A DNA stretch of 64,000 nucleotides, taken from Eukaryota sp. GEM-RC1. Its lineage: Eukaryota. The stretch spans positions 186,001 to 250,000 of the forward strand of contig JAUFOQ010000013.1 of the NCBI GenBank assembly GCA_040285855.1, read 5' to 3'. Made by a program: the position numbers and the translations under genes. This document shows positions 1-12,007 of the stretch, in pieces. Within the stretch, counting starts at the first letter, position 1. Every line of letters begins with the position of its first letter. The notes under the pieces are model-generated. The model was given only the letters and a program-made list of their open reading frames with translations, searched no databases and was not told where the DNA came from.

Positions 1-1432
1 CAGAATCTATATCAAAAGATTCAATATTTATTTTTTAATCAAATCAAATTCTTCAACATAGATTTTATTCTTATCAACAACATATGCATTGAAAGTATTT
101 ATATTAACTGCTTTCAAATATTTAGTAATCAAGAATTCATTATATTCTCTTTCAACATATTTATTAGCATTCGATTGTTCATTAATCTCATGACATAATA
201 ATTCAAGATTATCAATCTCTTCATCAAATAATAAATGATGAGTTAAGATATCAGCATATCTTCTTATGGGTGAAGTGAAATGATTATATAGATCAGCTCC
301 AACTCCTACATGCTTTGCAGATGTTCCACATTTTATTATTTCAAATTTAGCAGCATCTAATCCAATACGTTTTACAATATTAGATCATTTCTGTTCATCC
401 CAACCACTATGACTTCTAACAATCATGGTAGAGTTTAGCTTCTCATAAATTTTAGTGGCAATTACAGTATTAGCTAAGATCATCAATTCTTCAATTAAAC
501 TTCCAGACTTTGATCTAGGTTCCATTATGAATTTACTATTTCTAGGATTTTCATAATCAAACTCAAATACAAACTCTTCACCATTATTTATGACTAAAGC
601 TCCATTCTTGAATCTTTTCTCTTTTGTATATAGACATATATTTTATAATTGCAAAAACATATCATATGCTTCAATTATTTTATCAACTTCATTATAAGTA
701 TATCTATAGTCAGATTTAACTATAGTTCTTTTAATGTCAGTATTAACAATTTCATTATTACTATCAAAAGTTATATAAATTGAGATAGCTCTTTTTCTTT
801 CACCTATATTTAATGAACAAATAGATTCAGTTAAATTTCTATCTAACATTGTATAGACAAATTTAGTTAAATAAATACTGCTTCTTAAATATCCTAATGA
901 ATGATTAGAAAAATAAGAAGTAACATCTGCAATGTGTATTCCTATTTTAGTGAATCCTCCACTAAGTCTTTCAAACGAAGTTGCATCATCAAAATCTTTT
1001 GTTGTTTCAGCATCAAAAGTGAAAGTGTGTGATCTATTTATGTATCTTATGTGTTTATATCTATTCATTTCAAGAGGCATTTGTGGATAACATAATTTAT
1101 ATTTTCCTAAAAGGAAGAATATCTTTTTTCATTTTCATCAGTTATTTGTCTTACAATTTCATATGATTGACAATCATTTAATTTCAATAAAAACACATTA
1201 TCTTTTCACAGTATCTAGTTTTGATTAAAGGAAATCCTTTCATTAAGTTAATAAAAGATTTGTTATGTTTACCTCTATTTTCAATTACTCTAGCACCAAC
1301 TATATAAGAAGGTTTATGGACTATATCAATTATGTTAGGAGTCTCATCTTTATTCTTAGTTGCTAATATCCAAGTACCAGGGAATAAGTTATCATTGATT
1401 ATATTTTTCTTTCTATAATTTTGAAAGCTCAT
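1..1432 (-). pseudogene. RNase II/RNase R family (RNB domain) 3'-5' exoribonuclease, disrupted; runs off the left edge
   Basis: RNB motifs in order: TFDAETTKDFDDA, IGIHIADVT, SIYL..VYTML...ICSL (ORF 643-1080). My translation past the stop gives SGSLIEELMILAN (~470-510) and [28 protein letters not shown] (~230-315). Several stops and frameshifts; very AT-rich. Confidence 0.9.
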
Positions 1433-1799
1433 ATTGTTTAATCTATAGAATTTTCCAACTTTTTAAATCAACAGGAACAAACCTGACATAACAATTTTGT
1501 TCACCTTCAACTTGAAAAATAAAGGATAACATTATATACACCTACAAAAAAAATCATTTTCCTTTAAGGGCAAGAAGTTATGAATTTATGAAATATATCT
1601 TGAATTTGTCTGTAATTGTGGAATTTACATATCTTATATAAATCAGTACATGATGTTGAAAGATCGCGTTTCATGAAGATTCCTAAAACAGTATATCCAT
1701 ATACATTATAGTTTATTGGTGGTGATACAGTATCACCTATTTTTTTAACAGTTTTCAAAACAATTAATATTTGTCGGTTATATATTCCCTCCGTGTTTA

Positions 1800-4700
1800 T
1801 ACTTTAAAAAAATAATCTTTTTTTTCAAACACCAAGTTTATTATGTTCTACTTGTTCAAATGCTTCAGGTGTATATAACTCAGCAAATTTTGAATTAAGA
1901 TTCAACATAAAGGTTTGATTGTAATTTTTGTTTCTGCTCCTGCTAAGAAGTCAGCATTAGGTTTTGTTACCCCGGGTTTATAATAAAATAAACCCAGTAG
2001 TCTAACACAATCATCAACATCAACATTAGAAATGCTTTTTGCTTTGATTGTTTCTTTTATTTGTTGTTTATAACAGAAATAGGAATTTATTCATGCTTTA
2101 ATTTTATTAAAATTAATTCTTGATCATTCTCATTTGAATTAGTGAATTCACTGTAATTATCTAAGTCAGAAATATAATGCATCCGTAATACTTCATCAGC
2201 TGTAGAATTATTCATAACATGAATAAGACATTTTGTATAAACATCAGGTGGTTTAAATAAAGAAGTTGAGCAATTTTCTTTCCAGTATTAGGATATAATT
2301 CAGATAATTCCTCACATCCTACAACGGTGCTAATGAAATGATGAAGAAACATGCAAAAGATAACTGAACATGCTTCAATATAATTGTCTTGTTTTGCAAT
2401 ATCATCAATATTTTCATCTTCATCAGCTAAATGTGTATTATTTATTGCTGTTGGATTATTTCCAATGTATTTATGTGATAATATATTTCTTCTTTTCTCA
2501 TATTCTGATAAATCCATAAATTGATCTAAATTAAACATAACGAAAAGACGTCTTTCTCCACCAGTTGTGAAGGTATCAAATTCTGGTAATTTGTTGTGAC
2601 TACCAACATATGATGCGTCAATCATATAATTACTAGGTAATTCATATGGAGCTCTTAAAGAAATGTTAGAAGTGTGTTCTCTTCATTGGTGCCTCTTTAT
2701 AAGGACCAGATAGTTCTGAATAAAGAACTATTATAATACCTTCAACTGCTGCCACAATTTTAGCATCATGAGAAGCAGCACCTCCATTGGCATCGCAAGT
2801 AAAGATTGTACTATTACATTTACTAGAAGAAGATCCTGACATATCATTATAGATATCTTCTTCTTTAGTTTTACCATCACCCTCTGAACCAATTTTAATA
2901 ATAATTCTAGGTGCAACAACAGACTGTGCAAACATTATAGCTGAAAGAAATGACACATAAAATGTTGAGACTTTATCAAAATAATGTCCAGCTATATAGA
3001 ATCCATTTATTCAAGGTACTGAATGATCTGTTCTAATTTGAGATATAATCTTAGCCATTTCTTCAATATCAGACAATTCAGGATTAGAAACATAACATGG
3101 ATTAGTTTATATCTTGAATAATTCTGAATGACTATATTTATTGAATAAATCCCTGTACTTAAAGGCAGTTGCCTTTGTAACAATATATTTTTTATGATAT
3201 CTTCAAATGTAGTATATTTGAATCTATCATCCATTGATCCTGTCTTTGGATTAATCACTGATGATCCATTAATTCAACCAGTAATTGATTTTCTGTCACC
3301 AACTTTTTTTTGGATCAACATCATGAATAGTTAAATTCTGGTCGGCATCAAATATCAATGTTTCAATTATGTGTTTGCATATAGATGCAATGTTAGATTA
3401 TTTCTTAACGTAATCTTTAAAATTTATTAATTTATCACTAACATTCACACTATGTGCATTAGAATCTTCAATCAGAGTTATAAATTCATTATCATCATCC
3501 ATACAATCTTGAAAAAGATATCTAACTGAATTGGAATAGATTTGATATCATAAGGTAAAGATTCGGCCTTAGACCATTTGTATTTCTCAACTTTTCTATA
3601 ATACATATAGATTACAACTTGTTTCATATTCTTTTTATTTACTTTAACACGAATGTTACTCAAGAACTTACTATAATTATTTAAGATGAATACAGTAATA
3701 ACTCTAATATTTGTGGACCAAGGTGTTTTCATATTACTAAATATTGCTATTAACTTTGTTGATATAGGATTTAAAGGTTATTGAGCTTTATAAGATGGAT
3801 CAAACTTGGATAATAAAATATCAATGTTTCATTTCTTTTCCAAATCCATTTCCATAATCATTTCACATCTTGGTATATCATCAAAGTTTGAATCAAATAA
3901 TTCCTTTTCGATGTTTATTAAACATTCAAAGTCTTTAAGAACAGTTCTAAACTTTATCTTGTTGATATAGTCAGAATGTAATTCTTTTCCATATATTTTT
4001 AATATTTTAATTTTGGATGCAAATTCAGTATCGTAACCTGCTACATGTACCGAACTTGAAATAGAATTATCAGGCTCTAATGGAAATACAGATGAACCAT
4101 CTAAAATTCCATTAAAAGGAGATAATTTATTTTTTAATTTGACCCGTTTGCAGATGTCTACCAAGACTCCAAATTAAATGATTCGAATGTTCATCTGGAA
4201 AAGGCTGAACAACGAAAGTGTTCAAATTATGCGGATGCTTTGCAGAAGCTTAATGAAAATCTATATTCTAAGTTTTCATTTGTTCCATTTGTCATTTCAA
4301 TTTTTGGTAATATTGGTCCAGCCGGTTTAAAGTTTTTCAGTGATTTTAGTCTTTTATGTCGTTCTAATGGCAAGGTGTTTGATAGCGCTGTATGGATTGA
4401 TCGAATTATGTTCGCTCTTTATAGAAACATTCCCAAGTATTTTATGTTCCATTGATTCGAAGTTGTATAGGGACAATTCTCGTGTTGATGTGGAGAATTT
4501 AACTTCTTTCATTTTCTGAATTAGTATGTATAAATTTATTGTTACAAATAAACTCTTTACTTAATAACTCTACAAATTGTACTTTAATTGACGTACCATC
4601 AATAAATCCATCAATATGAACTTGAGTTGTCTCAAATAATAATTCATTAGAAGAAGAATTTAATTTTCTATAATCTACAATCTTATAAATTTTGAAAGGA

Positions 4701-5350
4701 AGATATTGTTTTCTATATCCAATACCTGGATTAAATAACCAACTGAATGAATTAAATAATGACATTCTGTCAAATACTTCATTAACATCTGTATTATTCA
4801 AATATTCCAACAAAATCATATCTTTCTTGACACAATTAATAAATGAAAAAAAGTTTTATGTTATAAATTAACGAAATACAAACAACTAGTACGTGTACTT
4901 AAAAGAAAAAAAATGTATTATAAATGTTTATTTTAGTTTTAGTTTGAAATAATCTGTTACTTAAATGAATGTGAATGCCTCCTTTATAGTGATCATCAAC
5001 TTTTCTAATTTCTTCAGGTAGAACAATAATTAAGTGCATTGCCTCGGCATTATGAATAAAATCAGTATCACAATTAATCATTAATGATTTCAATAAGTTA
5101 TTACATGTTAATTCTGAGATTGTTAAAAAGATGTTAGTATTAACTAAATGGTCCCATAGAGTACTAAATCTATATCTAAATTAAATGATGACAAATTTTC
5201 ATTCTGAAATGATATGTGGAACATCAAGTTTGAATTTAATATTGTATTATAAATTCTTCTACATTCGATAGAATCACTTGTTGGACTATTTATAATTTGT
5301 TCAAGCATTTTACTACCTTAATTTGAAGTATTTATCATTTTTCTAACCAT
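1800..5350 (-). pseudogene. D5-like AEP primase-SF3 helicase of large-DNA-virus type, fragmented
   Basis: Collinear motifs: AEP motif I FNLDID (~5165-5190), motif II KGGIHIH (~4965-4986), motif III region VFDRMSLF..W (ORF 4499-4819), Walker A IGSEGDGKT and Walker B IVLYSE (ORF 2666-2956), and GGERRLFV (ORF 2212-2625). Split by stops, frameshifts and a retroelement insertion. Ends are approximate. Confidence 0.8.
4141..4500 (+). mobile_element. 3' fragment of a non-LTR retrotransposon (restriction-like endonuclease, CRE/R2 group) inserted in the primase gene
   Basis: Translates DPF...LEKAEQRKCSNY...FSFVPFVISIFGNIG...W..RIMFALYR, matching the AE..K..KY / F.P.....G pattern of the RLE C-terminus. 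Homologous to the fragments at ~8800 and ~31600. Confidence 0.75.
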
Positions 5351-5763
5351 ATAAAAAATATATAATATTTAATTTATTGCCTAGGAATAACATAATTTTC
5401 AATAATATCATTTCTTCAGCTCCTTAAATGAGTGAAAAATCATAATGTCAAAGATGAAACAAAATACGTAAGATTCTCGAATAAAGATTCCAAACATCTC
5501 GCAGTGCCAACAGATGACACAAGATTAACGCGAGACATCCGAATAAACTTCTAGAACTCCACCGTGCAGGCAAGTAGTTCAAACACAAATCAAATGTGAA
5601 GTTCTAGAAGCGGCCACTCGTTAAAGAAATAAATAAATAACAAGAAACAATAAAGTTCGAGTGGCAAGATGTGGAGGCCTGTGCCAACCAACTGTGTATG
5701 AGAAAAGGAGAACAACAGCTGAGAGGATTCGGCATTGTGATTCTGCTGATTGGGGAGGCACCT

Positions 5764-5900
5764 GGGACCTTGAAGAGAGAGGAGAGGGTCCAGAAGAGAA
5801 GAGAAGAGTGAAGGGTCCGGAATTGAGAGCAGGGACCTTGAGAGAAGAGAAGAGGGTCCATAATTGTGAGTTCAAGGGACCAAGAAGGAGAAGGGGGTCC
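5764..5900. repeat. Purine-rich tract with alternating GGGACC / GGGTCC motifs
   Basis: GGGACC at 5764, 5832 and 5876; GGGTCC at 5785, 5812, 5854 and 5895; mostly AG-rich spacers. Confidence 0.7.
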
Positions 5901-5904
5901 AGAA

Positions 5905-6771
5905 CTAGGTTCTAGAAGGAGAGACACCAGGAATGTAGACCATGGTGTAGTCGATTCTGTCTCTAATTCTTAATCCATTTTCAATGTCAACTGTGAAAAG
6001 TGAAACTAATGCAAATAACACTCTAGACAATAGAGCGCTTGACACCCATTTTGATCTTACTTTCTTGCCTTTAACTTTTCTCATATTATTCCGAATGCCA
6101 ACGTAGAAATTGTTTGATAACCTTCTATTGGATAAAACTTTTATCACAATCAACAATTCACCTGCGATTGGTCTAATGGAGGGCATGAAGTCAGCTTCGG
6201 CCAACTCACTCAATTGGTTAAAGAAACCAAGAGTTTTCGATTTGCCTTCATCAGTTCCATCAAGGAAAGGCGTTGGAACGATAGCAGAATTAGATAATTC
6301 TGCGACTCTTGCTCTAAATGCTCCTCTGGAATCAGGAAGCAAAATGGTTGGATGCAACATTAACTTTACGATTGCTGCTTTCACCGTCAATTCTGCGGAA
6401 CATCCTGTTTCTAAACGAATACTCTCTCCTTTATCGTCCTTCATCGATAGTGCTATGTTGATTCTTCCTGATAACTGATCAACCACCTCTTGGGGAATGG
6501 TATACTCCCTGTTTACCGGTTCAGAGGGGTGCTTCAACTCATCAATCTCACCCTCCCGTTTTTCCATATCATTCTTAGCTTTTTGCGCCTTAAACAGATC
6601 AAAATCCTGTTTGACTTCAGGAGAAAGTGTCGGTGATGTAACTTGACATTGCTGCTTCCTTGAATGAGCAATTCGTCCTGTTTGAAATTCTTCAGAAAGT
6701 TCATTGTTGACTTCAAGCATGTCCTTAGTCACCTCTAATTGTTGAATTACTTCCAGTGAATCACAATCCAT
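5905..6771 (-). CDS. Hypothetical protein (likely start MDCDSLEV)
   Basis: 329-codon open frame (5905-6894) with protein-like composition; no family recognised. Confidence 0.55.
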   Translation of the reverse strand: MDCDSLEVIQQLEVTKDMLEVNNELSEEFQTGRIAHSRKQQCQVTSPTLSPEVKQDFDLFKAQKAKNDMEKREGEIDELKHPSEPVNREYTIPQEVVDQLSGRINIALSMKDDKGESIRLETGCSAELTVKAAIVKLMLHPTILLPDSRGAFRARVAELSNSAIVPTPFLDGTDEGKSKTLGFFNQLSELAEADFMPSIRPIAGELLIVIKVLSNRRLSNNFYVGIRNNMRKVKGKKVRSKWVSSALLSRVLFALVSLFTVDIENGLRIRDRIDYTMVYIPGVSPSRT

Positions 6772-7198
6772 TGCTAGAGCTAAGAGATTGTGAGTAATAG
6801 TGAGAAAATACATCGGATACTTAAGTGGATGGAGAAAAGCATGAAGACAATAGAGTTTGATGTCAGAAAAAGAGGAACAAGTAGACTTGTGCAAAGGTTT
6901 ACGAATGAAGTCTTGTTTTGAGTGGGAAATGTTAAGATGATTATGTTGTTGTTGTCGTCGAAGATTTTACTCAGGACAGAAGCAAAGAGGGTTACACATT
7001 GAGAGCTAATCTGGGAGAATGAAAGAGAAGACAGTGAAGAGATTGATTTCTTGGTCAAGTTATCACTGAGATCATGGACGTCGCAACAGAAAGGACGAGC
7101 ATCTGTTAACCAGAGTAGAAAGGACTCACGATCTGGGAAAGACAGAGTATCAGTGAAGGGATAAGTAGAAGTGCCATCGAATAAGGAGTAATTCTTAT

Positions 7199-7962
7199 TC
7201 AAAAGGAGAAACAAGGTTGGTCCGGAGGTCTTGGTAATACTCCGATGTTATGAGATACTTTTAGGTAGTAAATAAAGGCAACTAAGAAAGCATCAAGTGC
7301 AGCATATTCTGTTTGTTCTTCAGACAGAGAATCAGAACTCCAGTTACTCATTGAGGTTTTCCTCCCCTTGGTGCAAAGTAGAGTATATCCATGGGCGGAT
7401 GTGACAACTAAAGAGTCTGAGAAGAGGTCAGGTTCATCATTTGTTTTTCCTAGTCTTTGCTTGTGTATCTTGCATATACCCTGAAAGTAGCTTTCAATGT
7501 CAAAAACAGGGGATACATTGGCTTCCCACATCTTCATGATCAGTTTTATATCTTCTTGCTTGGAATTGATTACTTTGGTTATGTCTGGATTAGTCAGCAA
7601 ATCACACACGTCATCATTTAGTTGTTTCACTTGATGGATTTGAATCACCATGCTGATAGACGGAGTTCCCAGCTGAATTACATCCAATGTATTTTGCCTA
7701 CATTTACAATCAACGGCGATGAAGGGATTTTCTGATGGAATTGACTCGTGGAACAAGCGAATGTAGTCTGAAACCTCATCAGCATCGTCCCTGAGTGAGA
7801 ACAAATAGACAGGTATGGGAGGAAGTTCTTTAACAAAGCTTATAGAACGATGAGATTGAACATTGTGATAAGTTCTAGTTGACGGATGAAGTATTTCGTC
7901 TTCAGAGTCTGAACTGCTAAGAAGCAATTGCTGAAGATGAGAATTTGTAAGAGCCTTACCAT
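7199..7962 (-). CDS. DEDDy 3'-5' exonuclease domain protein (WRN-exo/RNase D-like), possibly inactive
   Basis: FIAVDCK (ExoI, Glu replaced by Lys), VIQLGT, LLTNPDITKV, DIKLI, VFDIE, SNWSSDSLSEEQTEYAALDA (ExoIII). Possible ATG at 7962 followed by a 29-nt GT-AG intron (7959-7931). Confidence 0.8.
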
Positions 7963-8789
7963 TTGTTGAAAATTTTGAATAGTAGAATCTTGTACAGTCT
8001 ATCCTCCCATTAGTACAAGCCCTTGGACAGACCTTAATGGAAGTTTTACCTTAATGGGAGGTTTTGTTTGTACAAACATGAACAGCAGACGACAACCTTT
8101 TATGATAAACAGACCAACAAACTATGACTATTGTGCACCATTTGGTGATAAAATGAAGATGACACGGATCTCCCACCACTAGTAATCGTCGTCCAAATTT
8201 AAGTGGTGGGATTGAGGAAAAAATGGCTGAACACTCAATCATCAGCAAATAGCAATAATCTCTCAGATCTCTGCCAAATGGTTGATGGAGAGAAGGGGAG
8301 AACTAGTGCTGATGGGAAGGCCGATATAAGAGCGAGAAAGGTCAAGGACGGACCTGAAAGTACCAATATAGGAAAGGAGGAAGGCTACAACTTCAAATCC
8401 AGCAGTTACAGGCATCATCAGGGGAGATGTTCATAAGAAGGTCTTCCATTTCAAAACCATCAACAAGGGAGAACTTTAGAACACTGTCAAGGAGCTCTTC
8501 TTCTTCTTCATGGATCAGTATGTCCTCTTCTTCGTCGAGGCATTCGTCATGATCAAAGACCAGAGAACTGATGGGATGAAGTGCTATGGATCTGGTATGC
8601 ACAACAAATCACCGAAGTAACGGATCCAGAGGCTTGTAACTGTTTAACTGGTTGAAAGTGTCATGAAAAGAAGGTATGTAATGGTGTGATGTGAAAAATA
8701 GAAGAACAAAAAAGTTTAAAAAACGGATTTATGTGCGGAAAAAACACATACTGTACATGTAATAAGATAAGTACAAATAAATAAACACC

Positions 8790-9295
8790 ATTAAAACAAA
8801 TTATCAAACGAACTACATAATTCCAAAAATAGTTGCATCCAAATAACTTGGACAAAATGGAATCAACATATCTATACATAGACCTAAAAATCGAAAAAGC
8901 GAGTTTACTTTTGCAGTACGATCTGTTAAACTTCTTGCCAAATTCTGAACACAAATTTTCAAATAAACACAAAAACTCCTTGGTAGAAGAACCGAAATTT
9001 CCGTACAATGAAACTGCAAAGGCTGAAAGACGACACTATTGTGCCTTCGTGAATTCAATACAGCAACTTGGTGTCCGTACTTAGACACTTTGGCGTTCTC
9101 AGCGTCTTTCAGCGGATCATTTGAAGTATTCAAAATGTTGGCAATAGCTGAAGCTTTGCAAGGATCAACGGTCGTAAAATCAACAACAATTTCTTGGCAT
9201 GATAACCAAGGGCCAATAAAATCACCACGTTTCTGAGTAGAATCAGGGTTATCTGAAAGATGAGAAAGTAATGGTTCGACTGTGCCAACAAAGTT
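8790..9295 (-). mobile_element. 3' fragment of an RLE-type non-LTR retrotransposon
   Basis: VEPLL...KRGDFIGPW...IVVDFTTVDPC...AENAKVSKY...FQP, then after a frameshift SLYGNFG...KLAFSIFR: the RxD..D..K..KY endonuclease signature. Confidence 0.8.
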
Positions 9296-9469
9296 TATGT
9301 TAAGAATTGTAGTATAATGGCTAGAGTACGGGAATCGAAAAGGACATGACACAAAGTGGGCCTTAGTGGGTGGGAAGCCTTAATGCAGTCAACAATGAAG
9401 TGTTTGAAAACCATCCGGTGGCACCTGGTTCCAACCACCACCCGGGTGGCATCTGGGTGGTACTGGGTG

Positions 9470-10303
9470 CAAGGACTGTCAGAAATATATTGCACTTTTA
9501 CTATAATTGCAATACTGTATTGCACCCTCATTTTGTATTGCAATATATTGCAATAATTTCAATTTTGAACAATATATTTAAACCAATTTTTATCTGTTAC
9601 TTGAAAGGAATTTAGCAGTATAGTGGGTTTTGGTTGTTGTACACTTTGAAGTCCTTACTACTAGTACATTGTAGTATCTGTATAGTTCTGACAAATAAAG
9701 GTAAATTTGATATCATTCGTCACATCATCTTACATGGTTCTTCTAAAGAACATGAAATTGAAATAGTTGCTGGTCAATCTAGATTGTCGTCATCTTTAGA
9801 TGGTGAAGTAATGGTAAATAATGTGAGTAGTCATAGTGAAGATGATGTAGATGAAGAAATTGATGAACGACCTGGACCTATTTCCTTTGTTCAAGATGTA
9901 GTTACTAGAATGAGAGGTGAAACAGTAGGTGACTGCAATTTAAAGTTCATCCCAGCAAAACTTCAAATGTAGTAGAACGATTTTTGAGTAAAGCTCGACT
10001 GGCGGAAGGGTTGTCACGACACAACTTATTTGATAGAAGACTTGCTTATCAACTATTTCTTTCTGTATACAGAGAGTTTTGGGACATTAGTTTGGTTCGC
10101 AAGATGGTCAATCAGAAACTAGTAAACTTGGATGATGCCTAATGATGATCTTATGACTTATTGATGGAATTAGTACAATAAATAATTTACTCAACAGTAT
10201 TTATATTGCTTCCAATTACTCCAATATATTGCAGTATTGCAATACTGTATTGCAAATCTTTTTGACGCTGCAATATATTGCAATATATATTTGACAGTCC
10301 CTG
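9470..10303. mobile_element. Non-autonomous hAT DNA transposon
   Basis: Terminal inverted repeats CAAGGACTGTCA / TGACAGTCCCTG, subterminal TATTGCAATA repeats at both ends, 8-bp TSD ACTGGGTG / ACTGGTTG (1 mismatch). Confidence 0.85.
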
Positions 10304-10589
10304 ACTGGTTGGCAAATTTCTGAACCTCCACTTCCTTCCAACCTCCAACTTCTTCAAATGACATGGCCTGGAAAACAACACCGAGTCTTTTATATGATAT
10401 CTCCTAATCCTGAATATCCTGAGGTTCAATACTCTAGGGGAAAGGTTCACGCTCTCTATGATTACTGTTACCATCCTTTGAAACACTTTTCTGGTAGAAT
10501 ATCTGAACATTTCATCCCTGAGTAACGTGGCAATATCAAGCTTTGTCTTCATCTTGATACTCTTCCAGACGGTCGTAACGTCGATTCTT

Positions 10590-10800
10590 TTTTAGCTTGT
10601 AATCGTCTCCGAACATGGAACTGATAATCCACTAAAAACAGTAGCATCGCAGTTGTTGATTTTTTTACAAATTTCATCTACATCTTCTGCTGAAAGAAAC
10701 TGGTCAGCATTTGGATTTATCATGAACAAAAGAAGAAATAGATTGAGTAAAAAATTGCTCAAGTCTCTCGTTTTTGTCTATTGCAATCTTAAACACCGAA
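10590..10800 (+). pseudogene. hAT transposase C-terminal dimerisation domain fragment
   Basis: Translates STSSAERNWSAFGFIMNKRRNRLSKKLLKSLVFVYCNL, the hATC consensus. Confidence 0.85.
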
Positions 10801-11026
10801 AGAAGCTTTAAGTTGCACTTGAGGACTTCCCCACAATGGATGGCGGAAGATATTGTGGACATGTATGAAGAGATGGAGGTAGAAGAAGAAAATGAAGCAG
10901 AAGACGTTCCTTCGATTTTCAAACACTGCGTTAATGGGAGGGTGACCTTTTGGGAGGGTAGACTGTTCTGAACTTAACATAGAATTATCAGGCTTTAATG
11001 ATAATACAGATGAACCATCTAAAATT

Positions 11027-11950
11027 TAGGGGTGTGAAAAAGTTAACCCACTAAAGTCAAACTAAACTGAACTAATGACGTATCAAAGTAAAACGGTAAA
11101 TCCCATTAGTTGCACTAACACTAAACTAATAAGTAATTAGTCGGTTGAAAACCAAATTCAGATTCCTTTTGTCGAGTGAAAACTAAACTAATTTGAACTT
11201 TGGTGCACAAAACCAAAAGTTAGTGTGAATTAACGTACGTTAAACTAAAATTGTATAATTTGTAATTACATGTATTTGTTCAAACAAAAACTTATTCATC
11301 TGTTATTCAAACAACTAATATGATCACACTAAAACCAATATTAAATCAGCTTCAACAACATTGTACAATGTCGATCATCTCCTCGTCTCAATTTCCATTG
11401 TCCAATCACAATTTCAAACACAATTGACTTCTAACCTTTGTGGTGGAAGGACAACTTCTCCTACGCGATACCAAGTTACCAGCACTAAAAAAAAAGAAGT
11501 GCACGTGGAACAGAGGTAGGATGGATTCAATTTGAGGGGCTTTTTTAAGAGAAGAGCTATCAGCCTCATTGTCCGACTCAACCTCAATGAAACAAGGCTT
11601 TTTAGAAGATGGTGAATTCATTGAACTAGTTGTTATGAGGTCAAGAAGATGTAGGAAATCTGATTTAGAAGCTCAAAATTATAAGATTAGTGACGCATCA
11701 TTACAATGAAAAAACAAATTAGTTTAATTTGAGTTAACACACACTAAATGTCTTTAGTCGGGTGAAAACTAACTTCTTATTTCCTCAGTCGGGTGAAAAC
11801 TAAACTAAACTGTCATTAGTTGGGGGAAAACAAAATTCTGATTTTATTAGTCACATCAAAGTGAAACCAAAGTATGTGCACCAATTGGTGCACCAAAGTT
11901 AACTTTTAGTACCGGGTTAACCTGCCAAATTCACTTTATGCCCACCACTA
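11027..11950. mobile_element. Non-autonomous hAT DNA transposon
   Basis: Ends TAGGGGTGTG / CCCACCACTA, perfect 8-bp TSD CTAAAATT on both sides, many subterminal AAACTAA and AGTCGGGTGAAAAC repeats. Confidence 0.9.
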
Positions 11951-12007
11951 CTAAAATTCAATTCAATTCAATGTTGAAATCACTTTTGTGTATAGACAAT
12001 AAAGTGG

